Of a stretch of 64,000 nucleotides of DNA, positions 35,858 through 51,000 are shown one piece after another. The DNA comes from Balanoglossus misakiensis (lineage: Eukaryota; Animalia; Hemichordata). Below the pieces are notes generated by a model. That model did not search any database and had not been told where the DNA came from. It saw nothing but the letters and a program-made list of their open reading frames with translations. The DNA is taken from positions 3,942,760 through 4,006,759 of the forward strand of contig CM082576.2 of assembly GCA_040954595.2 (NCBI GenBank), given 5' to 3'. The position numbers were made by a program, and so were the translations under genes. How positions within the stretch are numbered: the first letter of the stretch is position 1; the number at the start of each line of letters is the position of its first letter.

Positions 35858-38800
35858 AGTGTGATGGACTGCTGTGGCTAGTAGTAGAGAGCAGTGACCA
35901 GTGTGGAGAGAAGTGGTGGCCATGGTTGAAGAAAACTTACTTACATGGGATGGAGTGATAACTGCAAAAAGCAGTGATCAGAACAAGAAGCAGACATGGA
36001 CGTCCACACTTGGCAAATGAACACATCATCAGTACTGATGACCAGTTGTCAAGCAGTATAGCCCTTTCACCCCCCCCCCCCACATTACTGTAAATGGGTC
36101 CGACCTTACCATCAAAAGCAATAAGGTTGGAACAAAGTTGCAGTACTGTAGGGCAAGGGTTGAACTGTGTGCTTGTTTGTGTCAAGAATGAGCCATCGGT
36201 GTGATGACATGGAGGTTGTCATGTGGCGTTGAAATGGCTCGATATTTACATCCCGTTCTATGACATTACTTACCGATTGCTGACAAATATGCTATGAGCA
36301 CATAAATACAAAAGGAGACTTTTTTATGTGCATGTGACGAAGAGGGACTGAGCAGGGATCTTCAAAGAAACTTGTCTCTGACAATTAATGATGAGAGAGA
36401 CACATTGGACCCAGTGTGTGCGGAAACTGGGGTGAAATCTTTGCGATCAACATGCTTTCCCTCAACTTAATCTGACTTCAAGTTCACCTAGAAGTTTTTT
36501 CAAGTTTTCATTCACGGAATGAAACTCAACTGGCATGGAAAAGGTTTTTTTATCATTATTCAAATGAGTTTTGCCTTGAACTCAACAGTAGGGGACAGAG
36601 CTTATGTTTTGTTTTGGAAAAGGTCAAGAAATAACTAGTACTATTGTGGCCTTGTAGAGGTTTCCAGATTTCTGTTCACTAGTGTGCCTTTTCTGACTGA
36701 CTGCAGTGAGTCAGTATCTAAATGGTAGCTACCTCACTCCAGAAATTATGCTTTATATGGAGTATATTTACACTTAGTTCAACTTTCAAATAATTAAAGA
36801 CAAAACGTCCATTATCAAAGTTACCTATAAATTCCCTCCAAGAATATTACATTTTGTGAAAAAAATGGCAGAGGTCTTTTTTTCAGTTATAGTGTAAGGA
36901 ATATATCTACTGAAAGCTAAAGCTTAAAGTAGCATATTTTGTATTTTACTCAGAGAGCAGTATCTGCTTGTCTATTATGTGTACATACTATTATCATGTG
37001 TACATAGAATTATGTGAAGGTATTATCACAAATATTTTTTCCCAGAGCTTTAACCCAATATGCAAAATGTTTTGATAGGACTATTTTTATGGGGCAGAAG
37101 GCTTTCATTTCATTGGAAATATTTCTTTTGAGTAATGTTTATCTGATAAGTGTTAAAAGTATTGATAATGGTTTGGAACTTGTCAAAATAATCACGAAAT
37201 TTAAATCAAGAGACAAAAAAACTTTATATATTTTTTAACGTGATTTTAAAACTTGTAAAAAAAATGTGAATGTTGTACATACATTAGGGAGTAGGTATAT
37301 TTTTCCAACGCCAGTACTTGGGGTAAATAGTACTGTACAGAAATTATCAAGGGGAAATCAAATTCCTTGTACAGCTTATTTATTGTAATTTATACTATTT
37401 TTGTCACCACATGGTGAGATTGCCCTTCATCACCCCCATGGTGGCAGTGGTATCTTCCATTTCTAAATACATGTATGCCCCTGCAGTTTTCTAATGACAA
37501 TGGTATCTTCTGTAACTATGGAAATAGTTGCCCTGTGTCCCACTAGCATAAGCTACTAGTATATTACTCTTCCCTTAAGTGAAATATTAAGTTCTGCATT
37601 TGAGAAATTTATTGTTTGCATGTTAAACGTGTGTGTGTAAGAATACAATATACTGATTTACAAATGCATGCCGACTTTAAAATTATTCACTTTAATTGTT
37701 TTGATTTATTCTGATGTCGTTATCTGTCAAATTAAATCTTTGGGTATAAATCTGTACATTGCTGGATATTGCAACACAGAAATTCCCCTCGTATTTTGGA
37801 TGTACATTTTTCCAGCGTGCTTCAGATGGGGCTATTTTTTTAAAAATATATAAAGGGAAACTAAAATTGAAGTTTCGTGGGAAGAAAAAGAAGTAAAGAA
37901 AATAGCATCACATTTTATATCAGTATGAGAGTACGATATTTTAACCCACAGCTGTTTCGCAGTAAGTTAGACACTTGGGTAGCTTTTAAGCCAGTATTTA
38001 CGTCTATGTGGGCCTACTCAGATGTTGGCAAGGTCATTGAAGGTCATCAGGAACGGTTTTAACGATATCATACTACCCACGTTGCCTTAAGATGTTTAAA
38101 AGTGTACTACATTCTGAGATGCTGAGCCAATTCCACAGAAATCTGGTACAGTTAGAATTAAACTCATAATTAAATATTTCTCTTTCTTTGCCTTCTTACT
38201 CGGCGTCATCACATATTTTTCATAGAAATAAAAGCTCTATAAATTACGTTGTTTCTTGTTTTATATATCTTACTTTTGGTGGGTCTGTGGTGGAGATTGA
38301 ATTTAGGGTCATTTGTGTTCCTCCAACAGACGTGTTAAACTTGTACGTTCAGATGTGTGTTCGAAGCCAGTGTCTTGTGGACCAAGAACACCAGCCCTCC
38401 CTCCCCATCATTTCTGCCCAGGCCCTGAGCCATACCAGGGACTGTGTGAAAAGTGCTGGGACCCTTGCATGAAATTTATCAGTTTCCTCCAGCATGTAAA
38501 GATATAGCTTCTTAAGAAAACTCCTTCGGGGGGCAAATATTTAGGGAAAATCTTACGTTGTATACAAAACAAAGGATTAGTGGCAATCGGCGAAAGTGTG
38601 TTTAAAAGGCTTGGTTAATAACGCACGGCTCTATCACCAAAGCAATGGCCGGGGTTGCCGGAGGGCCACTCGTCGGAAAGCTGGCGCATAGCCGTCAGAT
38701 TTACTGCTAAATACTTCAGAATAGCCAACCCGACAACTTATTTAAATGGTCGTAATCACAAACTCTGCGTCAGAGTTTGTATTCCAAAGGCTTTTAGAAC

Positions 38801-41800
38801 CGGAAAGAGATAGCAAAGCTACTTTACTGGAGTTCGTAAAAGTTCTGCGGATCAGTCCTCCAATTTTACTGTTGTTTTAATTTGCCGAAAAGACCGATAT
38901 TTACTGCACTGGGGAAAAACACACACACCAATGATATCGAAGAAAGATGCCTGTCTGGGAAATGTTTTTTTTTTTCCAGCAGTGACAGTGACGAAGTATT
39001 CCTGTAGATTCACGAATGACAGATTAAGTGAACAAAGTTTGACGAAAGTCACGTGACTGAGGTGACCGATGAGCTAAAGGGGTCGGCTGGCGTTCCGTTT
39101 TAATGATTGGGTACTCTCTTTGGGGCCTGACTGTTGTTTTAAACTTTACTTCGGCCGATGTGACAGATGAAGATATCTGTCCGTCACCCTTCTCAGTTGT
39201 ATATCTGAGTGTGTTGAATGATGCTGGGAGTTCTCCCTTTCATCCTGTGGGGACCGAGGGAACTCCGATCAGCAACCATATCTCGAATTCTTCCAGCAAG
39301 ATACTTTGTGCCACTCCTGACAATCTTTTTTGTCAATTTTCCCTTTCGGTTAACTCTTTTATTCGAATCATCTGGACTTTCCCCCCGTTAGGGTTATATT
39401 ATTCCCTGACCTACGGTATACGCCTATCAGGAAATGTGAAATCCGATCAGCCTTCATTTATATTCCAAACGTCATTTTTATGACATCCCTAACTGCTCAA
39501 GAAAATGTCCATTTGATGATTTCTCTTGGGCGAGAGACAGGCCAAAAAGAACTCTTTGCTTAATTTCTGGTTTAAAAAATTCCGACCCAGAGCAATTGAT
39601 ATGTCGCTAGGCACAGAATGCGAACTTTTCTGGTAGAGTCCTCCAAGGAATATAATGTGCCTCTCACTGAGAACAAATTCATGCGTTAATAATTTCCCTC
39701 AGGCCTCGGCAGTGAGTCAGATGAACCACGAAGGTGACTTTCCACCGCGCAGACCTTGACAGATATCCCCACATACAGATAAATTAAATCTCCTTTAACC
39801 GAGTCGCTTTCAGGAATTCTTTTCTCTCGCAGCTATTCCAGCTCTCAGACAAAGGTCACACAAGTTGGCGATATCGCGTAACGCGCAAAAGCTGCCGAGC
39901 GCACATCACCATCATTCTGGTTGAAGTGGGTATTTTGCTTATCATGAGGGGTCCGCTGATAGACACAAATATAGTGAACGCGCTTCCAGGCCCGACCTGT
40001 TGTATAGTTCCCCTTCGAAACGAGGAATATTGTAATCGCTGCGTAGCATTTCGCCGTTTCCTGTAAAATAGTTCGCGATACTGGTGGGAACGTTGGAATT
40101 CGAGTGTTTCTCTGGGTCCGATCTTCAGCAGCTCAATTCAAACTGCTGGTCTGATTGACATCCCGTCATCCGGGTTACACTTGGTCTTGGGTAGATTTCA
40201 AATTCGCTTTAAAGTTTAAACGCCGGAAGATATACATTTTTCGAAGTCACAGAGGAACGGGGATATAACAATCGGTCTTTTAGCTCTCTGGGAGGAAGGT
40301 GAGTTTCTTTTAATACGACAATGATTGGTGACTGCCAGTTCGAAGTTGGTTGTTCGTGGTATAAGAAAGTAGGCGGAAAATAAGTTTAGGAGCGCAATAT
40401 GTTACATGTTTTAAATAAGTTCAGGAAACTGTCTTTTCCAGCAGAATAGGGAGAATAATTGTCAGTCAATGATACAGTAGCATTTGTCAAGGCGCTGTTC
40501 GGAGTCGATTCATGGCTAGATATTTAAAACAGTCCAATAGGTCCAGACCTTTTGAACTATCATCACTTATATAACTGACGTTGCAACCGCTTATAAACAT
40601 CTCTAATGCTCATCTAGAACTTTCAGAAAATTCAAGTTTTTAGTTTCTGCATGCAAACATATACATAGACTGTTTTTTTCTCTCTCTGCCGTCTATGGGG
40701 CATGGCACGGACTAGATATTTCCAGAATGGTTTAATTAGTACGGACTACTGGCTTAGATGCAAGTCGATCAGCTGTCGATGCACTGTCATCGAACAGCTG
40801 TTTCTAGAACGTGAAGCTGTCGTGTTGCGTCGTGTCGTGTCATGTCCGACTTTCCTGTGCCCCTTCCTATAAGGTCAGCCGTGCGAATACTCGCAGCAGT
40901 TGCGTCTCGAGTTTCAAACACCTATAGTGAGAGCCGCATTGATTTTACATTTGTCATGAGATGTCAACGAGATTTCACTTAAAGATGTCTCCGCATGCTA
41001 TGCACTTCGATCCGGAAAGCGGGGATAGTATGCGTGGTCACCACACCCTTAAATACCTGCGAAATCTTTTTGACTTCACACCCATGTACACCATTCCAAG
41101 TCCAAAGCTTCCGGTATTTGGGTGCACTTGTTTTTACATAATCGCATCATCTCTGCGATGATTACTTGACTTGTCTGAATGCCGTCGGTGATTAGTGTCG
41201 TCACGCGGTATCAGTCGCTCAGATGTATCGTAGTTTTTATCAGAAGAGAGACAAATCTGATTAAGCATATCGTCAGTCTTCAGTTTTGGTTAAAGTTTCA
41301 AGAAGAGGTGAACGTATATACAAGTCGCACGTGGTCTTGCGAATATAGATCGTCATATCAGGCAAGCTATTTCTTCCCTTCCCAGTTTTAGTTCAATCGA
41401 CGTCGGTTGTGCTGACGGTAAAAATTAAGTGTCGTTCTTTACCTGCCGTTCAAATCTTTTGATCGAGACTTGCATCGTCGGTATATCATGCGTAACCTTT
41501 GACTTCCAGTAGTATTTGCGGGAAGCATAAAACACGTGGAACAACCTTGAATGTTTGTTTACCGCGAATTCTTCGCAGTTATATTTTACTCTTTTAACTT
41601 TCCACGGGGGAAAATTCTATGCTGAAAGTTCGCTCAAGAAAGTTTAGGTCAGAACCTTATAATACGACGTGGTGGTCGATAGTGGTATTTGGCCAAGTCG
41701 ACGGCGTTTCAGTGGGTCGAATTACCTTATCACTGAACACGGTTGTTCACAAGCTATGCTTTAGTCTTCGTTGTTGTGAAAACAGGCCAGTGTTGTCATG

Positions 41801-41934
41801 TAATGTTTAATAATACTGCTTTTCTGCGGTTGTTCCAGGTATGAGAGGAATTCCGGCCTAGGATTGAATGTCCCCCAAGAGAAATAGAGAGAGACCCGTC
41901 AGCTATTCTGTTGGTGTTTTCGTCAAATATAGAA

Positions 41935-42038
41935 ATGGGCACGATGGCGGTAATATCCAAATGGATTGTGTTGTCTGCCGTATTTACTGTAATCAGAAGT
42001 CAAGGACTTATGTTGGTAGTCGAACCCTCCGACGGCGG
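41935..42038 (+). CDS. LTBP: LTBP exon: signal peptide ([24 protein letters not shown]...)
   Basis: Hydrophobic N-terminus. Donor GG|GTAAGT (phase 2) joins the next exon to give GPNVCG. Confidence 0.72.
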
Positions 42039-45000
42039 GTAAGTCTGCCTTGTCTGGCTGCAGCTGCAGTGTGTGTCTAGAAGTATTGATTTTCCGTCGT
42101 CGTTGTTGTAACGTTTGAATACCCAACAGGTTTGAAAAGCTTGCGTAAAAATGACACGGAGAACGTAGAATTTTAGTGCGAGTTATAAAAATCTCACGCG
42201 TCGCCTGTTAAGTATTGAATTTTAGGTGTCTCCAGGGCAGTGCGAATTCACCGTGACTGAAATCAACCAAGTCGTTCATCTTCCTTTCCTCTAGACTAGG
42301 ACTTTTCTTCGGACGTTTTCGTCTTTTCTGTTGTCGAAAAATACAGTTCAAACGATATAAAACATCTGTGGCTATACCCAGGTGTTCCAATCACTGTATA
42401 AACAGCGTATGATGCAATGAAGGTCAACGTACTAAACAGGGGGATTTATTGGATAGTGATTTATCGACACTGAAAAAAAAGAGTGTTGAATCAGATTTCT
42501 CATAGATTGTGCTGCTCGACACGTTCGAAGGTAGCCACTGACATGCTGTACTACAGTTCTATGTCTATTAGTGTGCCGGTCATCGCGAATTTCTTCACAA
42601 AACTTTGTCCATCTTCTGTTTTTCTCTTTGTCACGGTCATGGTTGCGACCGCCAACTTTCTGTCTGGATTTGGTCTCCGCCCGTCGGATTCTTTTGCCTT
42701 GCACAACCGTCTCGTTCTCCCACTCACGTTTGCAGACCAAATGTTTGTGGCAACACATGCTGCCGAGGCTGGCGAGTAAACCCGACCACCAGACAGTGCA
42801 CCATACGTAAGTAACTGAATATCTTCTATTGATATATCGGAATCCAGTAAACGGGTCGCGCGTTTATTGATGTAATTTCTGAGGTCATGCCTTTGTTTAG
42901 AGTCCTGCGACGACGGGGTTCTCTACTCAGGCTCGCTCAGACGATATTCAGTCGTGATGTGTTCGCTTGGAGGAAAACGACACTGCTAAATCATGTGGAA
43001 ACTCTGTTTTCTCCCACGCTTGTGCATCATAGGAGCAATTCCTCGCCTGTAATTATTATATTTTTAGTTCACTGGAAACGGAACTAAACGTCGGTTTCGT
43101 TTGCAAATAATCAGCTGTCATTTTCATACTAAGAAAATATTTACAGCGGAGAATTTCACTTTCTCATGTGTAAAAGTAGGAACTTTAATTTCTATTCCTG
43201 GTTCTGCCTAGACTCTTTCCCCCAAATCACGTGATACCGGTAATCAATTTGTCTCGTTATTTTTTCATATTTTAATAGCTATATGTAATTGTCAAAATGG
43301 AGGACGCTGTATTGTACCAAACAGATGCTACTGTCCCCCGGGGTATGCGGGGAATGCCTGTCAGTTCGTTCTTTCCACTGCCAGACCGCCAATCATAACA
43401 ACAGGTACGTGCAACTAATTATTTCGGGGGGGGGGGCGTCATCAATTTGTTTGGTAAATTTGCTATGTAACCTCTGCACGTTATGCCACTTCATCACATG
43501 CAGTGTGTGTCAGTGATGAGAAAATAATTTACGATCCCAAAACAGGCGTGGATGTTTCTACCACGTTGGAGCTATCATAACTGTCATAAAACTCTCCAGG
43601 CCGTGGAATCGTGGCAATAAATTCTAGTCATCTAAACACTTTCCGTGAAGAACTTGACGTGTGCGTGTGATGACTGGTGTTTCCAAATGGTAACTACATG
43701 TATATCAGTGTTTCCAGAGCGGACCACGTGTTGTGATTTTGAAGATTTCAGGGCGGGGTGGGGGTTTTGAAGAGTAACATTTTGATAATGCGGCCAAAGG
43801 TATCAAGTAGAGATAATCCCGATTATCGGATAAAAGATGCGATGTTAGAAATAGTTTTCGCAGTTTTGGTGCTTACCTTCAAGAAATGGATTTTAGCACG
43901 CACTTCTGTCACAAATGTAAAGTTCCGAATTGCCTAAGTGATGGGCTTACTCGTTGGGGAACGGTATAGTCTGTTACTCACACTAACCTAACAGTATTGT
44001 AGTCGGTATCCTGATCCGTTGGTAGCCGTAGGTTTAATACGTGATGAATATTGCGGGTTTACCAGGCAGGACCCCCTCGGACAATATTTAAGATTCAATT
44101 AACATCATATCCCTGTCAGCGGTCTTCTCAGGTTACTCGCACGCATACCATCGGTGAAACAGTGTGCGAGATTTTCTTTGTAAAAATGTACGAGTCAGGG
44201 TCGTGAACTTGTGTATCGCTCACTCCGTGGTGGCCGTTTTCGGTCACGAACTTTTCAGAAAACGTGCTCTCGGATCGTAATTTAAAATCCCTCTCGAGAC
44301 TTGCGTGTCCGTCTGTATATCCGAAGACATAAAATTCAGTTCCAATATTTAATTCGCTGTTTGCTGCCTGCTGCAGCATTGGTGGTTTTTTGGGCTGTCA
44401 GAGTCACAACGACACCTTCAAAAACTACCGACAGCGTCAGCGTGTACAGCACCTAATGTATTCAAAATGTTGCACATCATCATCATCTCATCCAGATTAA
44501 CAGACAAGCATGAGAACTTTTAATTCCATGACGCGGTTCACTGAAACGTCGACAGCTTTCGGTGATTGCGAAGTGTAATCATCAAAACTCGGCACCATAC
44601 ATTCCAGCCACCTGCCCTCCCAGTATCTATAGTTGACGACAGATGCCGCAAAGTAGTCCAGATAAATGCTAACCACTCCACGCCCTTTTTACTGAGTATG
44701 ATGACTATCTGGGCCAGCCTATTTAATTGTGTTTCCCCTTTGAATTTATTGGCAAAAGATTAGTTTCAGCTCAGACACTCGAAACAAAAGATCCCAGGGT
44801 TCATGGTTGCAGTTCCGAATTCCCCAGTATATTTTAGAAAGGATGGATTAAGATGTCATGTCATCACCAATCGACTGTTGAATTTACGTCACCAAACATG
44901 GCCTCATCTGAACATCTGGCGTGTGGGTTGCGAGGCCTGTATGAGACACTCTTCTTGACCAACCTAAATCTTTATCGTTGTGAGAGAAACGGGACACCTA

Positions 45001-48000
45001 CGTTTTTCCTGCGCTAGAGCAGTTTAGCTTCATCGGAATAGTTTTGTCAGGACGAGATAGCCGGTATACCGGAACGTCATATCTCAACACAGCAAGTCTC
45101 CAGGAATACCGCCGTTCCCACCACACCTACGCGAACCATATCGATTTTCTGCGTGGCAGTGTTTACAAGATCTATTTCAAGCTCCTCCCGTGGAAGTATC
45201 TTTGAATCGCCGGGATGCGGCTCGTTTGGCATTGCCAAGAAGGTTGACATCTGATGTCGGCACCTCCCGAATGTTAACCTTGACCTAGATGTACCTGTTG
45301 TGTCTAACAGAATCAGTGTTGGAAAGTAACTTTCCAAAACGGTTTAAGCCGAAAAGTTTCTGCTGTACAAGTCATATTCTTTCTAATGGGTGGATGTTTT
45401 CATACAACCGTAGTGTAAATAGGGCCAATTACATGACGTCATCTCCACGGTGTTTTCTACTCTTATTAGAACTCAAACTGTGGTCTGAGGGTGAAAGGGG
45501 AAATTCCACAAATTTAAATTTCTCACATTTTTCATCACAGAGCCGATACCAGCCCGCGAGCGGCTGAGAGGGCCATGTTTTCGTGTCATCTCGATGAACG
45601 AATGCAAAGCCCCGCTGACGAACATGTATACCCAGCACGACGACTGCTGTACGACGGTTGGTAAAGCCTGGGGAGACCCATGTTTCATTTGCCCGCAACA
45701 AATAGGTAAGCCGTGTGCACGTACTGCGTGCAAGAGTGAATTTCATTCATTGTCTTTCTCTCTCACAATTCGATCAACAATGATTTTTTTGGAAGCGACG
45801 AAGAAATGGAATTTTTTACGAGACCCAACGTTTGGTCAAAATGGCCTCAGCTTTGGACAAGTGTGATGTCCTGATCACCCTAAAATGACCGGAGGATTCG
45901 GTCGCTCGTGCAAGTCTGGGTCAATTGAATCACAGACAAAGAGAAAAGACAGATGTTCTTTCTCTTCGTCTGTGATTGGATGACCCACTTTGACCTTTTC
46001 CTTACACCTGGAAAATTAATGTTGAGTAATTTATTTTCCATGATCTCAATGCTATAGGAAGGGAAAGAGACTGTCCCGTTGGTTTAAAAAAAGATCGCAA
46101 CACACAGCAGTGCGTTGGTGAGTATCATTCGTGTCGATATGCAAGAACGAAAAGAGGCAGAGCTCATGGTGGGCACTAAACTGAAAACTGCCCTGTTTTT
46201 GTTATTTTTGATAGGGTCCCTTTGAAATTGCTGACTTTCATTTTCTATGGTCCTCTTCCCTACAGACGTGAACGAGTGCGAGGCCCTGCAAGGTATCTGT
46301 GGCTTTGGCGCCTGTCAGAATTCGCATGGCAGTTACCGGTGTGTCTGTAGCCCGGGTTTCACTATGGATTCGTCCGGCACAATTTGCGTTGGTAAATATC
46401 AATTTTTTGTGTCGTCTGACAATCGTTTTGGTTCTCGAGTTGTTACTTTTTCTAACAACGCCATGTAGTATTCCCACTTTAGCCCTGGCGCAGTCACGTG
46501 AGATCTCGCCATTCCGTTGTTGCGTCGACGCTCAGGAGGGAGATCAGGGGATGACCACCTGTCCTGAACACGCATTATAATCACGTTGATTTCTGTGCCT
46601 GTTAACTATTTGAATTTCCTCACGATTTAAAATTTACCCTTTTCCCCCTGCAACTTCTATATAGCATCCACGACAGACCGATGCTACAGAAGGTACCCTC
46701 GCGATCAAAACACGTGCTCGGATCCAGTTGGCTCGCCAATGACAAAACTGCAATGCTGCTGCAGTATTGGTCGGGCGTGGGGTCACGATGGAAATTGTGA
46801 AAGCTGTCCAAGGAAACATACTGGTATGTACGTGTATATGTATATACGGAATTTGGGTAATAACTACAATATTGTAGACCGTGTGCTATGCAAAAGTCAC
46901 AGGGCCATTTAAAGACAGATAATCATGGACCACCGTCCGGGTTCAACGTGTTTCTTTCATTTTCGCAATTGCGATGCAGGTAAACCTTGGGGCTGCTTTT
47001 CCCCACCTATCTGTGAGCCGAAGTAGTTCGCGAACAGTGAGGAATGCTTGATATGTCGGGATCACGCAAAACTACCACTGCGCGATGTGGAACTGACAGG
47101 CTGCAATTGTGGTAGCAATTACGGAAGAGAGGCAGTTGATGGATAACATCTGGGACGACGTTTAAATTTCAATAATGGACATACTTCCACCGTTCACTGG
47201 GTCAGACGCTTAGTAGTACATCACTTCGGCCACACGTTTATTACGTCTCAAAGTCATCCATTCGTTGTCACTAATCCATCTTGGCAAAGAGCTTAGATAT
47301 CACCTTATGCCGTAACGGTGGCGGCTGCTTATAGAAGCCGTGTCAAATCCTCTTGATATCAGGCCAATTACGTGTCTGCTATCGAAACATTGGCAAGTTA
47401 TCAAAACTATGTTATCACGAAGTTCGCTGAAATCGTCGTGGCGTAATTGGCAGTATCGCCGAGGGAGGTGCCGGCGATGCCAATATTCTGACCCAGTCAT
47501 GATCCGTGTTTTCTTTTTGCTCCGCTTCCCACAGACGAATTCCGCGCGCTGTGTCCGTATGGTAGAGGTTACCAAGTGACTCCTGTCGAAGGCCAGAAAT
47601 TAGGTATGGGAAATATTTTGTCTATCCCTGAGATTGAACCCTAGAGGTCAAGGTAGATTCCGTACAAAGAAAACAAAGATATTATGAAACCTTATGAGTA
47701 GGAGGAAGGAGAGAGAGGAGGGGGGAGAGAGGAGAGAGAGGGAGAGCAATTTCGATCAGAAGATGACTGGTTTTCCTTGGTTTCAGTGGGTTTCTTGCCA
47801 TCCGAATTATATGAAGTCGCGACACAAATATCGTTCTTCCCTATCCTGGAGTAATAACCTGACCTCTACTCAAAAAGTCTATATATTTGACTTTACAGAA
47901 ATTGACGAATGCTCCAAGATTTCCGACCTCTGCAAGAACGGTCGATGTTTGAATACCCTCGGTAGCTACCGATGTTTGTGTGATCCAGGGTACAAACCCA

Positions 48001-51000
48001 GCCGCCAGGGCACCAGTTGCATCGGTAGGTAGAACAGGGACTCGTAATTTTGACGATGTTGTTCTTGTTGTAAATACTCGACATTTTTGCCCTATGAAAT
48101 GTGTAACGCCTCCGGTACTATAAAAAAAGTATGCATCAAGGTACTCGTAAAATACAATTTTGGAATGTGCAAATAGCACTTGAAATATTCATTTTGATCG
48201 TAAACGTACAACTAATATTACTGTCGTCCGCACAAGATTATGACAAGAATGTTGGATATAGCGAAAAAAAAATCTAACGCTGCCAAAAGGTTGGGTGACC
48301 TTAACATTCTGCACACGGAGTGATGTTTATGACGCCAACATCAGCTTGCTACTCATGACATTCCATTGGGTTCTTAGTCGCGAGAAGACACTAAACGCAC
48401 GTGGTCATCGATGTCAACATGACACTGTCAGAAGTCACATTTGACTCAACAGTTTATCGAGATTTCAAAAGAATAATAACAGTAAACAACATTTTTACAG
48501 ACGACAACGAATGTGAACGACTGCCCGTGCCCTGTTCTAACGGTGACTGTATTAACACCAAAGGCAGTTACTATTGCCAATGCCCAGATGGCTACCATTT
48601 GACCGAAGACAGGCAACACTGTATGGGTAAGTCCGGCCAGGCATGTTCTAGTATTTCTTCCTGAAGTATATATGGGCTATAATTGTAAGCGATTCATACG
48701 TACTGAGATGTTAGTTTTTCTGTCCAGTTTTCACATTCGCTAGCGAGGCAAAGTGAGGTATAGAGATGTGACGTCATGCCTTCATCTTGGAGTAATATGT
48801 GCACATCGAATTCAGAATAAAAAACACCAAGAATTGTTTATGCTTCCATCGACAGATATCGATGAGTGTGTGGTTGGTAATTTCTGCAACGGACGCAAGT
48901 GCCTCAACACCCTTGGCAGCTACCACTGTCTGCAACTGACGTGTGGCGAAGGGTACAGAATTTCTGAAGACGGTGACAGTTGCGAAGGTGAACACGCGAT
49001 ATAGTAATTTTGGGGGTATACTGTATTTTGAATGCACGCATATATCATCCAGAGTTGTGGTGAACGACGGTTGCATCTTGTGTCAGACGACGTATTCACT
49101 TGACGACCAACGATATTTGACCTTCAAATATTCCAGTCTCCCCTGTTTGTCCTGAAGACGTGTCTCGGTATTTTCTCTTACTGAGTGAAATCCCGATCGC
49201 GTTACACAGGGTGGGTATTTTATTACAACTCGGGCGGACGACAGGTGTCTCCGCGAGAAGTCTCATCTTTCTCAATGTCGTCTCATTCTTCGCTTTCTCT
49301 GACTTTCGGTAGACGTCGATGAATGTGAAGACGAATCGACCTGCAATCCTGGTGGATGTATCAACGACGAGGGTGGCTTTCACTGCGTCTGCTACCAAGG
49401 ATACATGCCGTCGCACAATGGACGCAAGTGTATTGGTTAGTGCGTGTCCGCAAACCTTTCGAAAAGCTTTTTCACTGTTTTTGAAGGGTAAAGCGTGCCC
49501 ACCGACAAGCATTCTGTGCCTTACATGTGACGGTGTGCAGACAAGGACAGATTTCAACCAATAGGGTTTCTCCAGTGACATCCGTACCATTATAAACCTG
49601 AAGTTTTAAAGCGTTCGCTCTCCAATATCGTAAGCGTATTGATATCTTTTTTGTACTGTCTTTTTTGTACTGTCTTACAGACATTGACGAATGTGAACTC
49701 GACGAATCGATTTGTGGCGATGGAACGTGTGTTAATTTGGAGGGCTCTTATAACTGTGAATGCGGAAAAGGATTCACTTTCCACCAGAACACAAAACTGT
49801 GCACAGGTGATCATGTCGACTTATTGGACAAGGCTGTTCACTGAGAGAATTGCCAATTCGTGTGGCCACAAGAATAGACAGTGTTTCGCAAACTTTTCCA
49901 AATGTGTGTCTCTTTACATGGTTGCGTGACTTGTCTTGCTTTCTCCTCACTGCAGATGACAGTAAAAGGGACTGCTACACCAATCTGAACGAGCTTAATT
50001 TCTGTGACAACATCGTCGGTTCGAATATGACCAGGGACGAATGTTGTTGTTCGCTTGGCCAGGGCTGGGGTGATAATTGTAACCTGTGGCCGTGTCCTAC
50101 ACTTGGTACAAGTAAGTCATGTTTTGTTTGCATATTCTCTCGCCTGGATTATACCTTTGAACGAAAGGCTGTGCTTTACACCAACTTTAATATGGAATGC
50201 ATTTATTTCAGGCACATTCAATGAACTTTGTCCCGGCGGCAACGGCAAGATTTTGCGCGGAACGGAGGTGGAGGGGTACCGTCTCGAAGGTAAACATCAT
50301 TTCCAGTCAGTGCGACCTTCTTCAAGTTCAAAATGAAATTCGAACGCTATAAATCATTACTATTGCAGTTTCCCAGTAACTGCTTGAACTCTGAATGTAA
50401 CAATTCCCACTTCTATACTCCCGTTAGATATTGATGAGTGTGCCTTGTTCGACGGGCTGTGTAACCACGGTGAATGCATCAACATACCTATGAGTTACAC
50501 GTGCGAATGTCCAGAGGGATTCAAGTTCAATGTGATTTCACGAGAGTGCATAGGTAAGTACGATTACAATGTGCAGCTGCACAGAGAAGTTTCCGATAAA
50601 CATCTTTGACTAAATGAACCAATTTTACCCATTATCGAAACTGTGACAGAATTGAAAACGTACGTTACACTGAATATTCGCATAGTATACTGGACATAAC
50701 ATAACTGGTCTCTCTCTGTCTGTCTGTCTGTCTGTCTTTGCCTGTCTGTCTGTCTGTCTGTCTGCAAAGACGTCAACGAATGCCTGAGAGAGGACGCATG
50801 TCATCAGGGTACCTGTAAGAACACAATTGGATCTTACCGTTGTGAGTGCGATTCGTCGATGACACTCGATGTTTCCGGGCAGAGGTGTGTCGGTAAGAAA
50901 CATGCTTCAAAATCTTGTTTACTGGGTTTTTCAAACAGGAATTTCTGTACAATTCACGCCACCCAGACATATATATGCAATGAATTCATACTTCATATTG

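Noticed and set aside
36000-41800. Short ORFs between STARD9 and LTBP
   Set aside because: They show no domain similarity or consistent splice chain. The region is likely 3' UTR, intergenic DNA and LTBP promoter/5' UTR; a donor at 40298/40299 may end a non-coding exon, but this is unverified.
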